From the human T2T-CHM13v2.0 reference genome, Homo sapiens, in assembly GCF_009914755.1 (NCBI RefSeq), contig NC_060927.1: DNA of 64,000 bases; one strand, given 5' to 3'. Within the stretch, counting starts at the first letter, position 1. Every line of letters begins with the position of its first letter. Below are positions 57,020-64,000 of the stretch, piece by piece. The translations under genes and the position numbers were made by a program. Below the pieces are notes generated by a model. It saw only the letters and a program-made list of their open reading frames with translations. It had not been told where the DNA came from and made no database searches.

Positions 57020-57499
57020 CTAGCTTCCCCTAAAGACAGGTTCTTTTTGTTTTTGTTTTTTTCTCTCCCTCTGTTTTTTATTTTCTACAATTACTTCTTC
57101 ACTTTAAAGTGAATTACTTCTTCATTTAAAAAATCCTGTATTTCTTCATTAAAAAATATCCTACACTTCTTCATTTTAAAAAATCCTATACTGGCTTGAT
57201 TATTTGCTGTGTCCAATCCTAGAGGGAGAATGGTTGGGCGGTCTCACTCCAGGAAGCACTCCTGCTTCAATTAATTCTATAAGCAGCCAAGCCAAAATAA
57301 TTCCATCCTTAGCTTCTTTAGTCACAAAATGCCAGAAAACTTTATGGAAATGATTTCTCATTTAGGCTCCTTATTTAGAGTAATGAATTGCTTTTTACCA
57401 AAGCTAAATTTAAGTAGGTCATCTGTTAACTGTTGGATGAATAAATGAAGGTTCTCTTCGTAGGACTGGTATGGTTTAAAGATAGGGGTTTTGTTCTAC

Positions 57500-60012
<2,513 letters not shown>

Positions 60013-60866
60013 GATAAAAGGTTTCTAAAATTCATCCTAGTAATGTTTGAGAGCCACTCACAAGGGATTAGGGACATTGAAAGGAATATGAGCCAGGATC
60101 TGTATTTGTAGAGTTTACAATCAAGTTTGGTGGAGGCAAACAGGTAAGCAAAGAGTTGAAAAACAATACCAAATGTCTAGGTGGCTTAGAGCCAGGAGTG
60201 ATTAAATATAGCTGCCAGGGGAGGAGTATGAGGGGAGTGAAGACAGGCGAGGCACCTCTGAGAAGGCTTTCCTGAGCAGGTCACCTCTGAGCTGCTCTGT
60301 GAATGCCAGGCAGTCACAGAAGCAAGGTGAGGGAGAACAGGGAACGCTTTTCAGACAGAGGGGCTGTGAGTTCTAGGCCATGGGGGCCTGAGAGCGGCTG
60401 CTAAGGAGCATCAAGTCAGAGGTGAGGAGTGACAGGGCCGTGGGGTAGAACTAGAAAAGTCGGAAGGCAGCAGCGGGGGTCTGGGAGAAAGCATAAGGAA
60501 ACCATCAGAGGTGTAGTCATATGCCTGCTTAAGATGTAGAATGCTGCTGATGCAGTCTTTCCGGAACGTTATGAGCCTTAATAAATATCAAATGAGCTTC
60601 GTCTTGGCTTAATGATGCTGAGAGATGTGTGAATGTTTTGAGTAGACTGTATTTACCAGTTCATAAAGAAGTATTTGCAGCATTACAAGGTGCCTATTGC
60701 AGGCCAGCAGATGTGGCCTTAGAATCTGGCCTTCGCCCTCAGCGCCCTCACTGATCTTTACTGCCCTTTAAAAAGATTATGCCAAAAATATCAGTCTTCC
60801 TCAAAACAAAATATACTATTGGCACCTTCAAAGAATCAAAAGATAACAGGTTTGGAAGATCATTTA

Positions 60867-61066
60867 GTCCAGGAGTCAGCAAACTATAGCCTGTGGATCA
60901 AGTCCTGCCCGAGGCCTTTTTTTGTGCAGTCCAGGAGCTAAGAATGGTTTTTGCATTTTTTTAAGGGTTGTAAAAAAAATAAAATACACAGCAGACTGTT
61001 TGAGGCCTGCAGTGCCTTAAAATATTTACTATCTGGCCTTCTTCAGGAAAAGCTTGCCAGACCCTG
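60867..61066. mobile_element. MER58 DNA transposon
   Basis: caggagtcagcaaactatagcc...aaaatatttactatctggcc...ttgccagaccctg with terminal inverted repeats. Confidence 0.8.
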
Positions 61067-62561
61067 GTCTTGTCTGACTGCCTGATACAGCAATCCTTTG
61101 TGCAGTATTACGTGGCAAATAATCATCCAATATATGCTTGAACACTTCTGCTAATGGAGAACTCATTATCTCTCTGATCTATTTCCTGTTTGGACAATTC
61201 AAGCTATTAGTAATTTTTAAACTGCTGAAATTTATCTTACTATATAGCATCCATCCATTGGCCCTTTGTGCGAAAAGAGAGCTATTATTTCATTTCAACC
61301 TTTACTGAGCTCTTAATATGATCCAGGCACTGTGCTCAGTCCTGAAGAAAGATGAGTAAGACATGGTGCTTGTTTCAAGGATCTCCCAGCTATGATTTCT
61401 TGGAACCAAAGCAGTTGAGCTGCTAGTCTTTTATCTCTCTCTTTGTCTTCTTGCCATTGGGTTAGGACTTTTTTCTTTAATTATTTTAGTTATTTCTGTA
61501 TTGTTTTATATACATAATACAAACTTTAAGAGGCAAAAAAGGTCATGCAGTGAAAATAAGTCTCCCCACACTCCTCTCTCCTCACCTCCTAGCAGCTTTC
61601 TTGGGAGGCAACCGCCACTGCACATTTCCTGTGGGGATTTGATCTTAAAAAACAAAAGATTTAGATCCATGTGGACAGAAACTTTTGGTAAGTACTCATT
61701 CAGTGACATTTTCTGAGCTCCTACTTGTGCTGAGTGTGACTGAGTTTTATTTTCATTAAAGTCTGAAATTTGCACCAAGTTTGGGTGGTAGACACAGCCC
61801 CGGGGGATTGTATTGGTTAACCACACACGCTGCTATTTCAGTTTAATCTTGACTGAACTTCTTGGCTACTGCAGGCTTTCTTACACCACTAGAGTTCTTG
61901 CTCATTACAGTGTTGAATCCCTATCAAAACCTTTCCTGTTTAATTGGCAGTGACACAATCCCATCTTGTGTAACTCAGGATGTTTCACATCCTGAAATAG
62001 TTTGAAATAAAATTGAAACACACTTACATTGATGCCTATGTTAATTTCTTTCCTTGACTGTGTCTGAATATAATGTTGAAGTGTGATAGAAACAATCCTT
62101 TATCTTTCTAAGCTAAGCAGAGGCCGAAGTTTCACTTGCACTGTCCAGGGTTATACAGGCAAGCCTTACTTTTTCAGGAAGTAGGTAATGTTTGGATTTA
62201 GATTAGTGACACATGAATAACTCTATCTATGACTCACTTCCCCCCAAATTCCCCTCCGACCATTACTTCTTAAATCTTCCCTTCCAGCTTAAGCGCTGTA
62301 GTGATGTTACATAGACGTGTATGTTCCTAAGTGATACCTTTACCATAGATTGTCCTGTTTAGGTATTTCCAGAAGATTCCTCATCATGCTGATGTTGCTT
62401 AAGACTTTTCTGTTTTCAGCCTGTCATGGAACGGTTTCAGCAGCTCAACATCAACTATATCCTCTTATGAAATAGGCCCTTGGATTCTGTTCAGAATTTC
62501 CCTAAGGCCAAATAAGTCAGAAAATATTTGAAGGATGTGCCTCTTATGCAAATTACTTTTG

Positions 62562-62805
62562 TGCAATCATGGATCACTGCAGCCTCAACCTCCTGGTGGG
62601 CTCGAGCTATCTTCCTACCTCAGCTTCCCGAGTTGTTGGGACTACCGATGCGCCCTGCAATGCCCGGCAAATTTTAAAACTTTTTTTGTAGAAATGGGGT
62701 CTCACCATGTTGCCCAGGCTCGTCTCAAACTCCTGGGCTCAAGCGATCCTCCTGCCTCAGCCTCCCAAAGAGTTAGGATTATGGGCATGGACCACTGCAC
62801 TGGGC
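62562..62805 (-). mobile_element. AluJ-like element
   Basis: Diverged reverse Alu. Confidence 0.8.
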
Positions 62806-63928
<1,123 letters not shown>

Positions 63929-64000
63929 ATGTCTGTTATCTTTTAAGTAGTCATCCTTAGTCGCTTTTACCCAGCTACCGAAGTGCTGTAGAATAGAGTT

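Overview
Human (primate) genomic DNA, recognisable as the HRH1-ATG7 locus (3p25.3). The only intact CDS is the single-exon histamine H1 receptor ORF (31965-33428, +). The ATG7 CpG-island promoter, exon 1 and two probable non-coding 5'UTR exons follow downstream; the ATG7 CDS lies beyond the window. The rest is intron or intergenic DNA dense in repeats: a decayed class I (gamma-like, tRNA-Pro PBS) provirus on the - strand (20203-28103) inserted into an Alu; solo LTRs (LTR12, MER4-group, two MER41, LTR7, MER11); many Alus including a young AluYa-type copy; L1/L2/L3/MIR/DNA-transposon fossils; and processed pseudogenes of CHCHD4 and RPL13A. The most interesting signal is that two small HRH1 5'UTR exons, each starting a uORF, and presumably their promoter, appear to be carved out of the antisense strand of the provirus's protease/RT coding sequence rather than an LTR. 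I found no novel protein-coding system. Repeat subfamily names come from recognised consensus motifs, and most repeat boundaries are approximate.
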